A DNA stretch of 63,661 bases from an uncultured archaeon (GCA_964388035.1 CAYLZE010000015.1:1-63661), one strand, 5' to 3'; positions 30,242-40,402 are shown, counted from the first letter of the stretch. Translations and numbers: made by a program. The notes: a model not told the origin generated them from the letters alone.

Positions 30242-31219
30242 TTGAGTCGTGATTACGATATTGATACTCTAATAGAGAGATTCAAGAAACAAGATAAAAT
30301 TGCATTAGCACGCTTAATTACTTTGCTAGAGAATCAACCCGAATTAGCCCTTCAAATTTTTAAACATTTTGAGAATAATAAAAACGCATCCCATATTATT
30401 GGCATAACGGGTTCACCCGGAGTGGGAAAAAGTACTCTTACCAACTCAATCTGTAAGAAATTAATTGAAGAGGGTAAAAAGGTGGGCGTGATCTCCGTTG
30501 ATCCTACTTCTCCTTTCAGTGGAGGAGCATTTTTAGGAGATAGGGTACGCATGACGGATGTTTCTTTAGATCCCAATGTATTTATTAGAAGTTTGGCATC
30601 CCGGGGTTTTGGTGGGGGAATATCAAGAGCAGTCTTTGATATCAGCCTGCTTTATGAAGCTTTTGGTATGGATGTAATCATCATCGAAACAGTCGGAGTC
30701 GGGCAAGCGGAAGTAGATATTTATAATTTAGCTTATACCATCATTGTGGTACTCGTTCCGGGGTATGGAGATGTGATACAAATGCAAAAAGCCGGAATCA
30801 TTGAAATTGGGGATATTTATGACGTGAATAAAATGGATCTTGGCGGTGAAGATATCGCTGTTCAAATTGAAATGATGCTAGATGATTCTTCTACCTTTCA
30901 AGGAGGGTGGCGCCCCCCTGTTTCTATGACTAATGCTATTACAGGAGAGGGAATTGATGAACTCGTCCAAAACATCTGGGATCATGAAGAGCATCTCAGA
31001 TTAAGCGAATTATTAAAAGAAAAGAAAAAAAGCCGATTTACATATAAAGTAAACCAATTGTTATTTCATAAAATCGAAAAAATTCTGATGGAACAGATCA
31101 TGAGCAAGGAAGAAATCTCCCAGATAGCAATTCATGCTTTGGAAGATGGTAAATTTAAGATATATGATGATGTTCAGAAGATTTTTAATAAAATTCACTT
31201 TGAGATAAAGAGAGATTGA
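30242..31219 (+). CDS. meaB: MeaB/ArgK GTPase chaperone of the B12 mutase
   Basis: GITGSPGVGKST, VDPTSPFSGGA.LGDRVRM, IETVGVGQAE, NKMD. Confidence 0.93.
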   Translation: MSRDYDIDTLIERFKKQDKIALARLITLLENQPELALQIFKHFENNKNASHIIGITGSPGVGKSTLTNSICKKLIEEGKKVGVISVDPTSPFSGGAFLGDRVRMTDVSLDPNVFIRSLASRGFGGGISRAVFDISLLYEAFGMDVIIIETVGVGQAEVDIYNLAYTIIVVLVPGYGDVIQMQKAGIIEIGDIYDVNKMDLGGEDIAVQIEMMLDDSSTFQGGWRPPVSMTNAITGEGIDELVQNIWDHEEHLRLSELLKEKKKSRFTYKVNQLLFHKIEKILMEQIMSKEEISQIAIHALEDGKFKIYDDVQKIFNKIHFEIKRD

Positions 31220-31340
31220 ATATATTACCTCTTTTTTTCTAAATTAGGGGATGAATCCTTTTATCAAAGATTAGAGTAAATCTTTAATAAGGATAAAAGT
31301 GAAATATATTTCAATTTAAATTATTTCAATGTGAATTAAC

Positions 31341-32744
31341 ATGACAGAATCTAAATCTCAATCGGAAAGGTTTTCGTATAAATATGCTACTTCTTACAGT
31401 ATTGGGCAATTATCTGATATTGCGGCTTATCAAACCTTCACATTTCTGGTCTTTACCTTCTATTTCGCTGTAATTGGTATTAGAATTGAATTAATTGTTA
31501 CAGGTTTTGTTATATGGGCTTTATGGAACAGTTTCAACGATTCAATTATTGGATACATATCTGATAAAACTCATACTAAGTGGGGGCGCCGAAAGGTCTA
31601 TATCATGATTGCTTTAATTCCATTAGCAATTCTCGTCTTACTCTTGTTTACCCCTCCATTAGCCTTCGGAATTGCAAGTGAAACACTTAATTTTGTTTAC
31701 TTCCTCATCATCATAATGTGTTTCGAATTGTTCTTCACGATGTATGATGTAAACTTTACGGCACTATTCCCGGAATTATTTCTCTCCGTGGAAGAACGAA
31801 CTAAGGCAAATAATGTGAGACAAGCTTTTGCGATTGTAGGGTTAATCATGGCATTTGTTTTACCTGGTCTGTTCATCTCAGATTATTCAAATCCCGCAAA
31901 TTTGCCCCAATACCAGACTTTTGGAATCATCATTGCTATCATTATAATCGTTCCCGGAATCCTTTTTCTAAAATTTTCGCCACGTGAGAAGTCTGAATTC
32001 AGTGAAGATTATAAAAAAACACCTGGATTCATAGAATCTTTTAAGACATGCCTAAAAAGCAAGTCTTTTGCATGGTATATCCCTGCTGAAGTCTGTAATT
32101 GGTTCGTATATGGCATGTTACCCGCAATCGTGCCACTATATGGAAAATTCGTGTTAGGTATTTCAGATACGCTCCTACTATCTTTATTATTGGGTGTTGC
32201 TTTTATCTCCGCATCAATTTTCATGACGATTCTTTGGAAACCCTTAGTTCAAAGAATCGGACCGCGAAAGAGCTGGCTCATATCCATGACCACATGGATT
32301 TTTTTACTCCTAAGCTTGTTGTTCATTTCTAATTACATTATAGGACTAATAGTATTTGCTTTAATGGGGATGGGGCTCTCTGGTTCCCTCTATATCATTG
32401 ATATTATCATTAGTGATATCGTAGATGAAGATGAGGTAAATACTGGCACCAGGAGAGAAGGTGCTTATTATGGCGTAAATATGTTTCTCATGCATCTCTC
32501 GACCGTAGCCGTTTTCTTAGTAATAGGCCCCGTCTTTATCATTTCAAATTGGCAAGTATACGATCCAAATAATATTACTCCCGCGGTTATTTTTGGCCTT
32601 CGAAGCTTGATGTCTATTTATCCCGTTTTTGCTCTGGCCATTGCCATTCTTGTAATTTATAAATATCCATTAGATGATCAGAAATTGAAAGAAATTAAAG
32701 AGAAAAGAGAATTACTTCACGCGGAAAAGAGAGCAAAACTATAA
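31341..32744 (+). CDS. GPH-family (MelB-like) MFS transporter
   Basis: 12 TM. ISDKTHTKWGRRK, ALFPEL....ER, DIVDEDEVNTGTRREGAYYG. Confidence 0.9.
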   Translation: MTESKSQSERFSYKYATSYSIGQLSDIAAYQTFTFLVFTFYFAVIGIRIELIVTGFVIWALWNSFNDSIIGYISDKTHTKWGRRKVYIMIALIPLAILVLLLFTPPLAFGIASETLNFVYFLIIIMCFELFFTMYDVNFTALFPELFLSVEERTKANNVRQAFAIVGLIMAFVLPGLFISDYSNPANLPQYQTFGIIIAIIIIVPGILFLKFSPREKSEFSEDYKKTPGFIESFKTCLKSKSFAWYIPAEVCNWFVYGMLPAIVPLYGKFVLGISDTLLLSLLLGVAFISASIFMTILWKPLVQRIGPRKSWLISMTTWIFLLLSLLFISNYIIGLIVFALMGMGLSGSLYIIDIIISDIVDEDEVNTGTRREGAYYGVNMFLMHLSTVAVFLVIGPVFIISNWQVYDPNNITPAVIFGLRSLMSIYPVFALAIAILVIYKYPLDDQKLKEIKEKRELLHAEKRAKL

Positions 32745-33000
32745 AGAACAATTCTATCCCGCTTTATTTATAAATTAATTTATTCTTTTTCTTTCTTTGA
32801 ATAGAAGCTGAATCCTAGTTCTATAATTTCATGAAAATATAATTCTTGGATATCTTCGTGGAGATCTTTTGAAAGGTTAAAAAAAAAATCAAAAAAGTCA
32901 GGATTACTCGTTAGTCAAGAAAAGATAAAAATGTTATAATGGGGAGAATAGACAACCATAATTTTTTTCTTGATAAGTATCGATCATATATTGAAGAACA

Positions 33001-34071
33001 ATGAATCCTAATACAAAAAAAAAAGAAAGCGTAATTCTCTATAAAGACCTCAGTGAAGAAGCTTTAAATGAGGTAGATCAGCGCATTATTTCACTCAAAG
33101 CCTCTAATCCCCCCCATACCTTGAAGGAAATCATATCCACGATTCGAAGTGAGATGAATGTAGTGATCCAGCAACATCACATATATAAAGCTCTAAAAAG
33201 TGCCAAAAATGTTCCCATAAGCGAAATTCCGGTTATTCACGCTCCAGAGGAGATTCAACTTGGTTCTGAAGAGCCAAAACCTTTTTCCATCCAAGAATTG
33301 ATAGAGAGCATCGGATATTACACCCGCTTTATCCAATTCCTTATGAATGACGAGCCTTACATGTTTTATATCATCCGTCTCACGGAAGCAAAAAAGTATG
33401 GTAGCAAAACTTCAGAAAAGTTAAATGAGCAAATGGAACTCTGTCAAAAGCAGGCTTACTCACTAAGAGATAATCTCGTGTTTCCCTATAGTAAGACCAT
33501 TAAAGGGCAAGGGCGTTTATCCAAGAAAGAAAAAGAAGAGGGTCTCACTGAAAAGATCATTGAAAAGCAAATACCAGCAGGGATCAAGCGGGGCTTTATT
33601 AAGGTGGATTCGGATGGAAATTATGTATCGAATAAAGAGGTTCAAGAAGTTAATTTGGAAGGACAACCATTAGAAGTGCATCCCTCTTCGCTTTATTTCA
33701 AGAATTCCCCGAATCACGTAGAATTAGGAAATTCAATCACACTCAATGAAGCTTTGGATCATGATATAAATGCTCAATACATACTCATTCCTGAAGAGGA
33801 GGGGAATGATTCTAAGCTGAAAGCATTAATGCATGAATTGGAAGATGCCGTTCCCCCCAGATTTCTTGCCCTTCCCTTCTGCTATTATCCCAGCACTATC
33901 CCTCAAGATGCTTTTTTACAATTTATCAAAGAAAAGGAGACTGAATACATTTTAATGAACGTGGGTGTCAAAATAAACCCCCAATTAATGGGTTTGGAAG
34001 AAATTCCCGAAGAAATAATCGATTTGGAAGGCGAAGAATTTGAAGATTTAGAACTAGACTTCCATCCATAG
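33001..34071 (+). CDS. Divergent Ku-core-like protein A with N-terminal HTH-like extension and acidic tail
   Basis: The C-terminal two thirds follow the Ku order by eye: IKRGFIKVDSDGNYVSNKEV ~ 'IVKGYE..G.YV....E'; VELGNSITLNEALDHDINAQYILIPEEEG ~ 'IEI.EFV...EID..YF...YYL.P'; KLKALMHELED..FLALPF...DAFLQ ~ 'YALL..AL.....AIA.F...R.HLA.L'. Confidence 0.6.
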   Translation: MNPNTKKKESVILYKDLSEEALNEVDQRIISLKASNPPHTLKEIISTIRSEMNVVIQQHHIYKALKSAKNVPISEIPVIHAPEEIQLGSEEPKPFSIQELIESIGYYTRFIQFLMNDEPYMFYIIRLTEAKKYGSKTSEKLNEQMELCQKQAYSLRDNLVFPYSKTIKGQGRLSKKEKEEGLTEKIIEKQIPAGIKRGFIKVDSDGNYVSNKEVQEVNLEGQPLEVHPSSLYFKNSPNHVELGNSITLNEALDHDINAQYILIPEEEGNDSKLKALMHELEDAVPPRFLALPFCYYPSTIPQDAFLQFIKEKETEYILMNVGVKINPQLMGLEEIPEEIIDLEGEEFEDLELDFHP

Positions 34072-34133
34072 TCTTAATACAAGACTTAATAAAAAAAAAT
34101 CAGTAAAATTTATAAAAATATATGAATTAAAAA

Positions 34134-34874
34134 ATGAGCTTAAAAAATATAGATTTTGAAATTCATCTAACCGGAGAAGATCCCCGCAAAGATACTAAAG
34201 TTCGAGCTTATAGGCGAATGCGTAAGCGAGATAAAATCGTTCAGAGCGAGGAAGGGAAAAAGGTGGAGAATGTGAAAATAGCCGTTTTTACAGCAGGAAA
34301 TCAGCTTATTGCTCAAATTTTGGACGATAAGAATGTTCTAGATGATATTCTAAATAAAGATGATGAGCTTGACCTAGAAATCGCGGGGAAAATAATAACC
34401 AAGACTTCCACTCTTTTAGTTAACTCCAAGAATTACCCTTGCTATAATTTCATGGAATACGAAATTATTCGAAATCGAGAGGGAAAAATCGTGCCTTGCG
34501 AGCAATGTGGGGAGATCTATTGCTCTCATCGGGTAAAAAAACAAACTAAGGAGAATATTAATCAAGATAAAAATCCCGTCCGATGGATCAAGGTAGCGGA
34601 ACTAAACAAGTTAGAAGCCTTGAAAAAATGGTCCTTCAGCGTTTCCTATCAATTAAGACACGTGGATGGTCTCACGTATCAATTTTTATATGATATAGCT
34701 AAAACCTTACAAGAAAAAAATATCATGGTATTGATGGCTCCCATTCAAGACAAAAAACCTCAAAAATTAGTGTTAAGAAATGGCGGGAAACCGTTTTATG
34801 GATGGCTCGAAGGGAGAATTGAGGGAGAAAAATATGCCCTTATTTTACATAGAACTACCTTGAGGTTAGATTAA
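34134..34874 (+). CDS. Divergent Ku-core-like protein B
   Basis: C-terminal FSVSYQLRHVDGLTYQFLYDIAKTLQEKNIMVLM...LVLRNGGKPFYGWLEGR...ALILH resembles Ku 'FD.SYYL.P....Y.LL..AL.E.....I..F.LR.....A.L....L.LH'. Internal CEQCGEIYCSH. Confidence 0.55.
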   Translation: MSLKNIDFEIHLTGEDPRKDTKVRAYRRMRKRDKIVQSEEGKKVENVKIAVFTAGNQLIAQILDDKNVLDDILNKDDELDLEIAGKIITKTSTLLVNSKNYPCYNFMEYEIIRNREGKIVPCEQCGEIYCSHRVKKQTKENINQDKNPVRWIKVAELNKLEALKKWSFSVSYQLRHVDGLTYQFLYDIAKTLQEKNIMVLMAPIQDKKPQKLVLRNGGKPFYGWLEGRIEGEKYALILHRTTLRLD

Positions 34875-34902
34875 AAATTAAAAATTAAGAGAGAAAATTA
34901 AA

Positions 34903-36666
34903 GTGACACTACAAAAAGTCGTGGGAGAAGCCGAAAAAGTATTTCCCCAAGAAATGGACGGATATTTTTTGGGACAAGTTCATAGTGTTCAAGAAAAAAT
35001 TGAGCATCTCGCTAATGATTACAGGATCTCAGTCTTGAAGCGAATGATCCCCTTGAATCACGAGCATCTAGATCCCAAGCATCCCAAATTCCATAAGCTA
35101 CCCGATGATTTAATCGTATCCATAAAGCGGGATGGGGGTTATAATGCTCTTTATTATGATGATCAAACGGAACCTCATTCTCTATTTATAAATCAAGGGG
35201 GACGTGCGATCTATAATTTACCCGTAAATAAAATATTTGAACACGTTCTGGATCAAATTAATGAAAACGTAGAACCCCTCAAAAAGCTTTTAACATCCTT
35301 TAATAAGAAAACAGTTTTTAAAAGCTCGGAAACTATCCATGATCTCATTATTGCAGGAGAAATGTTTGCAAACATCCAAAAGCCGGGAGATAGACCTCGC
35401 GTGTTTGATTATCTTAAACTATTGCGGAATCCTGAAAATAAAAAAGACTTGGAGAACTTGCATTATGAAGTATTTGACGTTCTTTCCATGAATGACGTGG
35501 ATTTGCTAGACCTTTCATATGAATATCGCATTCAGCTTTGTTCCTTCCTCTTTCCTCGAATTAAGGGGAAAGAAAATTTTCCCATTAAAGTCGTAGAATA
35601 TCAAATGAATGTGAAAGCAAGAGATCTACAAGAGTTATATGAGAAATGGGTTGTAAAGGAGCATCACGAAGGTCTGGTAATTCGGACTAAATATAATATG
35701 GCTTACAAGGTAAAACCGCGGTTTGATATTGATGCCGTAATAATCGGATTTTCAGAGATGCTTCAAGAAGATCTAATAGAAGGTAAAGAAGCCATCAGTT
35801 CTATTTTAACGGCAGTCATGCGGAATGATGGAACCTATCAAGAATTAGCACGCGTGGGAGGCGGGCTCACGCAAGTCCAACGCGAACAATTTCACGCTCT
35901 ACTAAAAGATGATATTATTCCCTCCGACTATAAGGCCACCATGCCAGACGGGAGGGCTTATCATTTTGTACGCCCCAAGCAAGTAATTCAGATAATTTAT
36001 TCGGACATTCTTGATGAAACAGCATCGGGACAACCCATAGAGAAGATGGCCTTGCAATTCGATAATGATACATATAAAATTATCCGCAGCGTGCCCTTTG
36101 TCGCTTTGATCTCACCCCGTTATGAAATCTTGCGAACGGAAGTAAATTCTAATCTTTATCCTTCCTTAGAGTTTGCTAATGTGAAAACACCCACTTATTA
36201 TGATGTTAATATCAAGCAAATTACTGATCTTGTTCCAATCCCCACATTTGACCGTCTGAAAGCCGAACAAGAGCTTCCCGAAAGTGAAATTTTTCTAAGA
36301 TTAGTATTTAAAAGCAAATGGGCGGGGGTGGAATCAGTAAAGAAATTCTTGCTTGTTTCGACCAACAAGCACGAGTTAGATCCCACGTATCCGAATTTCC
36401 TTTTATATTACGCTGATTATCAGTATTATCGCTCAGTTCCCTTGTTGCAAGATGTTTATCCCTTTAACTCCTTGGATAAAGCACTTAAACAACTTAACTT
36501 CCTATTTCTACGTCCCGATAATCCTGGAGAGGGCTTTTTAAATACTACAGAAGATGGAATCAAGAGATCAATTATATTGCCTCCACATGATTTCTACCTT
36601 CATTCGGATATAGAAAAGAAGCTCAGTAATTCCTTGGATGAAGTTATTAAAACCAATTTACTTTGA
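34903..36666 (+). CDS. ATP-dependent DNA ligase-like nucleotidyltransferase with extra C-terminal domain
   Basis: Motif I SIKRDG, III IAGEM, IIIa YEVFDVL, IV EGLVIR, V YKVKP..DIDAVIIG, OB-fold ARVGGG, VI SPRYEILR. Confidence 0.88.
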   Translation: MTLQKVVGEAEKVFPQEMDGYFLGQVHSVQEKIEHLANDYRISVLKRMIPLNHEHLDPKHPKFHKLPDDLIVSIKRDGGYNALYYDDQTEPHSLFINQGGRAIYNLPVNKIFEHVLDQINENVEPLKKLLTSFNKKTVFKSSETIHDLIIAGEMFANIQKPGDRPRVFDYLKLLRNPENKKDLENLHYEVFDVLSMNDVDLLDLSYEYRIQLCSFLFPRIKGKENFPIKVVEYQMNVKARDLQELYEKWVVKEHHEGLVIRTKYNMAYKVKPRFDIDAVIIGFSEMLQEDLIEGKEAISSILTAVMRNDGTYQELARVGGGLTQVQREQFHALLKDDIIPSDYKATMPDGRAYHFVRPKQVIQIIYSDILDETASGQPIEKMALQFDNDTYKIIRSVPFVALISPRYEILRTEVNSNLYPSLEFANVKTPTYYDVNIKQITDLVPIPTFDRLKAEQELPESEIFLRLVFKSKWAGVESVKKFLLVSTNKHELDPTYPNFLLYYADYQYYRSVPLLQDVYPFNSLDKALKQLNFLFLRPDNPGEGFLNTTEDGIKRSIILPPHDFYLHSDIEKKLSNSLDEVIKTNLL

Positions 36667-37201
36667 AACCGTGATTAAATATCATTAAATTTAACCTTTA
36701 TTAGAGAATTTTTTCTATAATCGTGGTTTATTAACTTCACAAAAGTAAAGAATTTGGATTTTTCTATTGAGTAAATAAGCTCTGCTCCTTTTCTATTAAG
36801 TTTATTAATTGACCATGAAAAGAAATTATTTTATCAGATTCATGGAAAAGAAGCTCCAGCCCTGCAAAATTGGTCAAGATGTCTGGAACAAGTATTAATC
36901 CATGATTGTTCAAATTTGAACTACATGATTAAGAAAAATTAATTCTATATTCTTCAAAATTAAAAATGTTAATATTCGAGAGATATAAAATGATTTACGA
37001 TAATCTCATGAAATTTAACAAGGATTTTCAGTTTCATTCATAAAGTTGAAAATTATAATATAGAATATAGATAGAAGGTTTATCTGCTAACGAAAAATGG
37101 CACTCGTAGTGAATAATTGAACAAAATATGACATGTTCTTCAAGAAAAAATGAAAAAGTAGAAATAAAAAATAAAGAAAGAAAGAAAAGAAATATTATTT
37201 C

Positions 37202-38023
37202 TTAATATGTATAAAATCCTTTTCCTGATTTCATTCCCAACTCACCTTTTTCAATCTTCTGTTTTAGAAGTTGGGGTGGAGCATCCTTAGGATCCCCACT
37301 TTCATTATAATACATCATCTCTATATCCCAAACTACATCGAGTCCAACAATATCCATCAAATTGAACGGACCTATGGGCATTTTAGTAAAGATTTTCCAT
37401 GCTTTATCGACATCTTCGATATCTGCATATCCTCCTTCCCAAATTTTCAAGCATTCCTTTTTAATTGCTCGCCAAACTCTATTAAACACAAAACCTAAAC
37501 ATTCTTTTTTTACCACGAGGGGAACAACATCAATTGACTCAATCCATTTCTTACCTTTTTGAAAAGTTTCTTCGCTAGTTTTTGTACCTTTTAAGATATC
37601 TGCCATTAAGAAATCAGGTAATTTGTAAAAATGGATATTTAACACTTTGTCCTTACGTGTGACAGCATCTTCAATTTTTGAAACAGGTATGGAAGAACTA
37701 TTAGTTGCAATAATGGCATGGGGAGGCGCTGCCTTATCAATCTGAGAAAATATTTTCTTTTTTAACTCTGGAATTTCTGGAACCGCTTCAATAACCAAAT
37801 CGGCATTTTTTACAGCATCTGAAAGGTTTTTGTGAAGCGTGATGGTTCCTTTCGCCTTCTTCTCTTTCACCTTTTGCTTTGTTTTCTCTACATGTTCTTC
37901 TAATGCAACCGGATTCGCATCATAAATATTCACATCATAATTATATAATGCCAACCATTCGGAAATTTGCTTTCCCATCGTACCAATGCCTATTATGCTC
38001 ACAGTCCTAATATCTTGCGTCAT
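37202..38023 (-). CDS. 3-hydroxyacyl-CoA dehydrogenase
   Basis: GIGTMG, VIEAVPE, ATNSSS, GFVFNR, GPFNLMDIVGLD, LGMKSGKGFY. Confidence 0.95.
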   Translation of the reverse strand: MTQDIRTVSIIGIGTMGKQISEWLALYNYDVNIYDANPVALEEHVEKTKQKVKEKKAKGTITLHKNLSDAVKNADLVIEAVPEIPELKKKIFSQIDKAAPPHAIIATNSSSIPVSKIEDAVTRKDKVLNIHFYKLPDFLMADILKGTKTSEETFQKGKKWIESIDVVPLVVKKECLGFVFNRVWRAIKKECLKIWEGGYADIEDVDKAWKIFTKMPIGPFNLMDIVGLDVVWDIEMMYYNESGDPKDAPPQLLKQKIEKGELGMKSGKGFYTY

Positions 38024-38050
38024 TCTTAATTACCTCTCTAATAGTTGGAC

Positions 38051-38890
38051 TTATTTAAATTTTTTATTTAACCATTGTACCAGGTCATTCCATGCTGCTG
38101 CAGGAAATTCCGCATGTTTAGCTCCCTTAATCACAATAAATGTTTTATCAGTACTTGGAATTTCTTCCAATAAAGCTTTAGGAGAATCAATTTCAAACAG
38201 CTCATCTTGATCTCCCACTCCAATAATAACAGGGAGATCTAATTTCTCAGGAAATTTTAATGCCTTTGCATTTAAAATTTTCATGAATCGAAAGGTATAC
38301 TTGAAAGTACGCAACGGATCATCAAGTCCAGAGATGCCATCTCTAGAATAGGTGATTACAGGCTTACTTGGTTTTATCATGGAGCTAAATAATATTTTAA
38401 GCATGGTACCTGGACTCATTTTTTTATAGGCTCCCTCTCGTACGGTTCTCCCTGCACTGAGAAGGATCAATCCATCAATTTTTTCCGGACAATAATTGGT
38501 TGCAATGATAGCTGAAACGACCCCCAAGCTATGTCCCAAGACTATAACTTTTTCAGCTTTTTCTTTCACGAAGCTTATTGCTTCACATAAATCTTTTACT
38601 AATCTATCCTTACTTGGTAGATCTCCTCTATTTCCATCAGATAATCCATGTCCTCTTAAATCTAATCCAAATATAGAAAATCCCGCTTTTGCTAGGGGAA
38701 TTGCGACCATCTCACTATATGCCCCACTATAGCCCGTTATACCATGAAAAATTAAAATTGAAACCTTGGAAGGGCTGGAAGGCTTCCATTCTCGAATGAA
38801 TAACGTTGCTTCATCAGAGGCTTTTAATAAATGATGCGGTTCTTTAAAATCTTCTCTCAACTTTTTAATATTTAATTCCAATAAAGTCAC
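38051..38890 (-). CDS. Alpha/beta hydrolase (lysophospholipase/monoacylglycerol lipase family)
   Basis: HGITG, DLRGHGLS, GHSLG nucleophile elbow, D and GAKH triad residues. Confidence 0.9.
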   Translation of the reverse strand: MTLLELNIKKLREDFKEPHHLLKASDEATLFIREWKPSSPSKVSILIFHGITGYSGAYSEMVAIPLAKAGFSIFGLDLRGHGLSDGNRGDLPSKDRLVKDLCEAISFVKEKAEKVIVLGHSLGVVSAIIATNYCPEKIDGLILLSAGRTVREGAYKKMSPGTMLKILFSSMIKPSKPVITYSRDGISGLDDPLRTFKYTFRFMKILNAKALKFPEKLDLPVIIGVGDQDELFEIDSPKALLEEIPSTDKTFIVIKGAKHAEFPAAAWNDLVQWLNKKFK

Positions 38891-39301
38891 CTTATAGTTA
38901 TAAGAAAACTATTAAATAATTCTAAAGATAATTAATTTTTTTTCTTAATATTAATTTATTCCTATTTTTAAAAATGCGTATGCAAAAACTAAGAAGTAAT
39001 AATAACCATAATTCCGTTTCTCATAAGAAGGGTCTCTTTTTCCACTCTTTGACATTCATGCAACTTCAATATTATTTCTTTAAGTTACTTGGAGCATTTA
39101 TCTTTTAAATAATTAAATTCATAATAACTAAGCGGCTCTACTTCTATTTTTAATTCTTTTATTTTAAATTTGTTAGGTGTAATTATGGGTATATATTTAT
39201 CTATCGTAAGTGCTTAACTCATTTTCTTAAATAATTTGATAAAAGAGGAAAAAGCAATAAAGAATAAAGTTAGAAAATTTGCGTGCTAACTTTAAGTGTT
39301 T

Positions 39302-40318
39302 TTATCTCGTTCTTTGCTCATAAAATTTCCGAGAATATTCTTTAGCATGCTTATAAGCTTCTAAGATGGATTCAATCACCATGCCTTTAAATAAACTGTT
39401 GCAAGAAGAAAATAGATATCCCCCTCCTGGAGCACCTTGGTTAATGCAGCGCTCAACATCTTTCCTCACTAATTCTAAATCCGGTTGAGTCAATATAGCA
39501 GATACATCCAGATTTCCTGCTAAAATGAGTCTTTTTCCATATTCTCTCTTAATCTCTCCCAAATCTATATGTGCATTGGGTTCGAAAGAATGAATTCCTG
39601 CAAATCCTGCCTCTAATATCATTGGAATTAAAGGACGTATATCTCCATCAGAATGCCAAATTAAAGGAACCTTACAGGCTTTTACTATGTCTTTATATTT
39701 AGGGATCACTAGCTCTTTAAATAAATTAGGATTCATCATGGGACCTGTCACGAATGCCACGTCATCACCAAACATTATAAAATCCGCCCCCGCATCGCAT
39801 GATCTCTCAATCATCGCAATAGTCCATTCGGTACTTCTCTCCATTAAAGCATCCACTAATTCTCTATCTCGATGGACAGCCACGAAAAAATCTTTTAATC
39901 CCATGCTCATGTAAGACAACCCCAAGCAGCCGTCATGAAAAGCATAGTAAAGTGCATGAGATTTCCCATACTTTTTCTTGGCAACCTTTATTTCCTCCTC
40001 TTTAAACCACGCGTCAGCATAATCTGGGTCCGGAGTATATTCTTCAAGAAGTTCCATCTTTTTCACTTTCCCATCAATATAAAGTCCATCTTTAAACACT
40101 CGCCCCCATTCATCCGTCCCTGTTCTCCAAGCATTCGTGCTCTTAGGATGTCCTACTGCCACGGGAAGGCAATCAAGACCTAACTTTTCCCGAGTTTTAT
40201 AGGGATCCCCGCCCGCAATCTCCTTAGCGATCTCAACTTCAATCCATGCCTCGAACAAAGGCACTTGATCGGGTTCTTGAAATTTAAAACTTGTTAACAC
40301 TCGCTCTCTTGAATTCAT
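39302..40318 (-). CDS. Uroporphyrinogen decarboxylase/methyltransferase (URO-D/MtaA) superfamily protein
   Basis: MNSRERV...EPDQVP, DEWG, GDDVA...GPMM, WHSDG, GNLD, GGGY.FSSCN. Confidence 0.85.
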   Translation of the reverse strand: MNSRERVLTSFKFQEPDQVPLFEAWIEVEIAKEIAGGDPYKTREKLGLDCLPVAVGHPKSTNAWRTGTDEWGRVFKDGLYIDGKVKKMELLEEYTPDPDYADAWFKEEEIKVAKKKYGKSHALYYAFHDGCLGLSYMSMGLKDFFVAVHRDRELVDALMERSTEWTIAMIERSCDAGADFIMFGDDVAFVTGPMMNPNLFKELVIPKYKDIVKACKVPLIWHSDGDIRPLIPMILEAGFAGIHSFEPNAHIDLGEIKREYGKRLILAGNLDVSAILTQPDLELVRKDVERCINQGAPGGGYLFSSCNSLFKGMVIESILEAYKHAKEYSRKFYEQRTR

Positions 40319-40402
40319 TTTTCAGGATCGCCTCATGTTTAATTGAATGAATTAAGAACTCTTTGGCATATATCTTTCATGTGCTTTATTTAGAATTAAG
40401 AT

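Noticed and set aside
33001-33210. HTH resembling an IS630-type transposase N-terminus
   Set aside because: No DDE domain, terminal inverted repeats or target duplication were seen; it is fused in frame to the Ku-like region.
34903-36666. Ordinary replicative archaeal DNA ligase or LigD
   Set aside because: Motif I lies only ~75 aa from the N-terminus, so there is no DNA-binding domain. It has no polymerase or phosphoesterase domain and carries an unrelated C-terminal domain.
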